Shown piece after piece: positions 62,362 to 64,000 of a stretch of DNA of 64,000 nucleotides. The stretch lies in NCBI GenBank assembly GCA_040386275.1, contig JAZKFU010000002.1, positions 16,858-80,857 of the forward strand, in the 5' to 3' direction. Numbering within the stretch: position 1 is the first letter of the stretch; each line of letters opens with the position of its first letter. The notes beneath the pieces were generated by a model that saw only the letters and a list, made by a program, of their open reading frames with translations, ran no database searches and was not told the DNA's origin. Origin of the DNA: Patescibacteria group bacterium (GTDB lineage: Bacteria > Patescibacteriota > Minisyncoccia > Phycocordibacterales > UBA918). The translations under genes were made by a program, and so were the position numbers.

Positions 62362-63615
62362 ATGAGACACCAGAAATCTCCCCTCGCGCAGACTATTACT
62401 TATTATCCCAAAGATAGGTTGGCTACCTTCAGAAGTCTCTCGTTAGGAGAGCGTAGCGCTGTGTTTGCTGAACTTTCTAACCATTTACAGCAGCAAATAT
62501 TAGTTGATCTTACTATGACCGAAGCGGTCGATTTGGTAGATCATTTAGATTTACGCATGGCTGAAAAAGTCATTATGCGGATGCAAGACGCCCGCAGGCG
62601 GAGTAAAATTATCAAACGACTTAAAACAGAAGTTAGTGATAAGATAGAATATTTTTTACGCTTTCATCCTAAAGCTACAGCGACGCTGATTCATTTTAAT
62701 TATGTCTTGGTACCTGACACCGCTACGCTGGGTGAAGTCGGGGAGATTATAGACGCACACTATCAAGAACTCGGTAAATTTCCAGAAATTTTAGTGCAAG
62801 AAAACGGTGCACTCGTTGGGGAGATTTTGTTGACCACTCTCGTTAAAGAGCGTACTAATGCTCAGCTTGAAAAATTCATCAAACCTATTAAAACCATCTC
62901 ATACCAAGCGGAAGTGTCAGACATTGTAAATACCTTTACTGATTCAGAGCATAAAAAAATTGTCGTGCTTGATAATGATAATAGCGTACTCGGGATTATT
63001 TACGCAGATGATGCATTGACGTTATTTGGAAAATTGCCGGCTGAATCTTTGTATAATATTGCGGGCGTGGACGAAAGCGAACGACCTTTTGATAGTGTGG
63101 GTAAAAAATTTAGTCAACGCTATCGCTGGCTGATTCTCAACCTGGTTACCGCCTTTATTGCGGGCTCGGTTGTACTGATATTTACAGACACGGTAGAACA
63201 ACTCGCTATCTTGGCCGTTTATATTCCAATTGTGGCGGGGATGGGAGGAAATGCCGCGAGTCAGGCGTTTGCCGTTATGGTGCGAGGAATTACCATGGGT
63301 AGCGTGTCACTCGAAAGTGGGTTACCGGTTATTTGGAAGGAGGTGCAAGCAGGAGCCTTAAATGGTTTGGTTATTGGCGGAATCGTAGCGCTTATTTCAG
63401 TCGTTATTAATGGTAGCTGGTTACTGGGTGTAGTGGTTAGTTTGGCGATGATTACCGTACACATTGTGGCCGGTTTGTTTGGTGCATTTGTTCCACTAAT
63501 TTTAAAGCGAATGGGGAAAGATCCTGCATCTACGTCAATGATTTTTATTTCCACTGCAACTGACGTATTTGGTATCTTGGCCTTGCTTGGTTTTGGCTCA
63601 CTGATTTTACTCTAA
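62362..63615 (+). CDS. mgtE: magnesium transporter MgtE
   Basis: R.RWL, P...GMGGN..SQ, DPA.....IST.TD. Confidence 0.9.
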   Translation: MRHQKSPLAQTITYYPKDRLATFRSLSLGERSAVFAELSNHLQQQILVDLTMTEAVDLVDHLDLRMAEKVIMRMQDARRRSKIIKRLKTEVSDKIEYFLRFHPKATATLIHFNYVLVPDTATLGEVGEIIDAHYQELGKFPEILVQENGALVGEILLTTLVKERTNAQLEKFIKPIKTISYQAEVSDIVNTFTDSEHKKIVVLDNDNSVLGIIYADDALTLFGKLPAESLYNIAGVDESERPFDSVGKKFSQRYRWLILNLVTAFIAGSVVLIFTDTVEQLAILAVYIPIVAGMGGNAASQAFAVMVRGITMGSVSLESGLPVIWKEVQAGALNGLVIGGIVALISVVINGSWLLGVVVSLAMITVHIVAGLFGAFVPLILKRMGKDPASTSMIFISTATDVFGILALLGFGSLILL

Positions 63616-63647
63616 CGAAGGTATTTTTTTCTGAGAATTTTTAGAAA

Positions 63648-64000
63648 CTACCGCGCCTCGTGATGACAACGACCACGAACTACTAAATCAATAGTGGTGA
63701 TATCAAAATCAGGTACGTTCAGTACTTCACGCAGTTGAGCTTCAGAAGCATTAAAGTGAATCACGCGATCACAACTGTTACAAATCGCATGGTGGTGGGG
63801 ATGGGCTTGGTATTCGTATTTGGCCTCGTTACCTTCGAGATGTAATTTTTTAATAATGCCTTCAGCCACAAATAAATCGAGGTTACGGTAAATGGTGACG
63901 ATATCGATAGTGGGGATGAGTTTATGAATATCCTGCGCTGAAAGCGTACCATGACTCTTTTTAAGCGTAGCGATAATTTCTTGTCGATGTTTGGTGAGGC
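63648..64000 (-). CDS. Fur family transcriptional regulator, 5' end outside the window
   Basis: TKHRQEI...SAQDIH...TIYRNL...HHHAICNSC...GRC. Confidence 0.88.
   Translation of the reverse strand, partial: LTKHRQEIIATLKKSHGTLSAQDIHKLIPTIDIVTIYRNLDLFVAEGIIKKLHLEGNEAKYEYQAHPHHHAICNSCDRVIHFNASEAQLREVLNVPDFDITTIDLVVRGRCHHEAR

Overview
64-kb bacterial chromosomal window, genetic code 11. The gene content suggests Patescibacteria/CPR, probably Parcubacteria (inference): a compact type IV pilus/competence locus with ComF, tRNAs without encoded CCA, and few SD sites. It carries an ABC efflux operon, pyrBC, recG, malic enzyme, recQ, msrA, the pil cluster, ligA, gatCA, photolyase, prfB, ftsEX, pyrG, rarA, mltG, rlmB, mgtE and 8 tRNA genes. 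The main non-routine signal is non-coding. Five tRNA genes (Ser-GCT, Ser-ACT, fMet, Asp, Gln) are each followed by the same module: hairpin, then an INVERTED copy of that tRNA's own 3' end (often split by a 25-30-nt hairpin), then a structured spacer from one of two shared subfamilies, then a DIRECT copy of the 3' end. At Ser-ACT the module occurs three times and brackets an ORF. Related mirror structures sit on the 5' side of three tRNAs. Also notable: tRNA-Ser(ACT) and tRNA-Ile(TAT) anticodons, a small transcription unit with a 14-nt match to the complement of the canonical 16S 3' tail, and apparently widespread leaderless genes. No database searches or folding programs were run; all alignments were made by eye.
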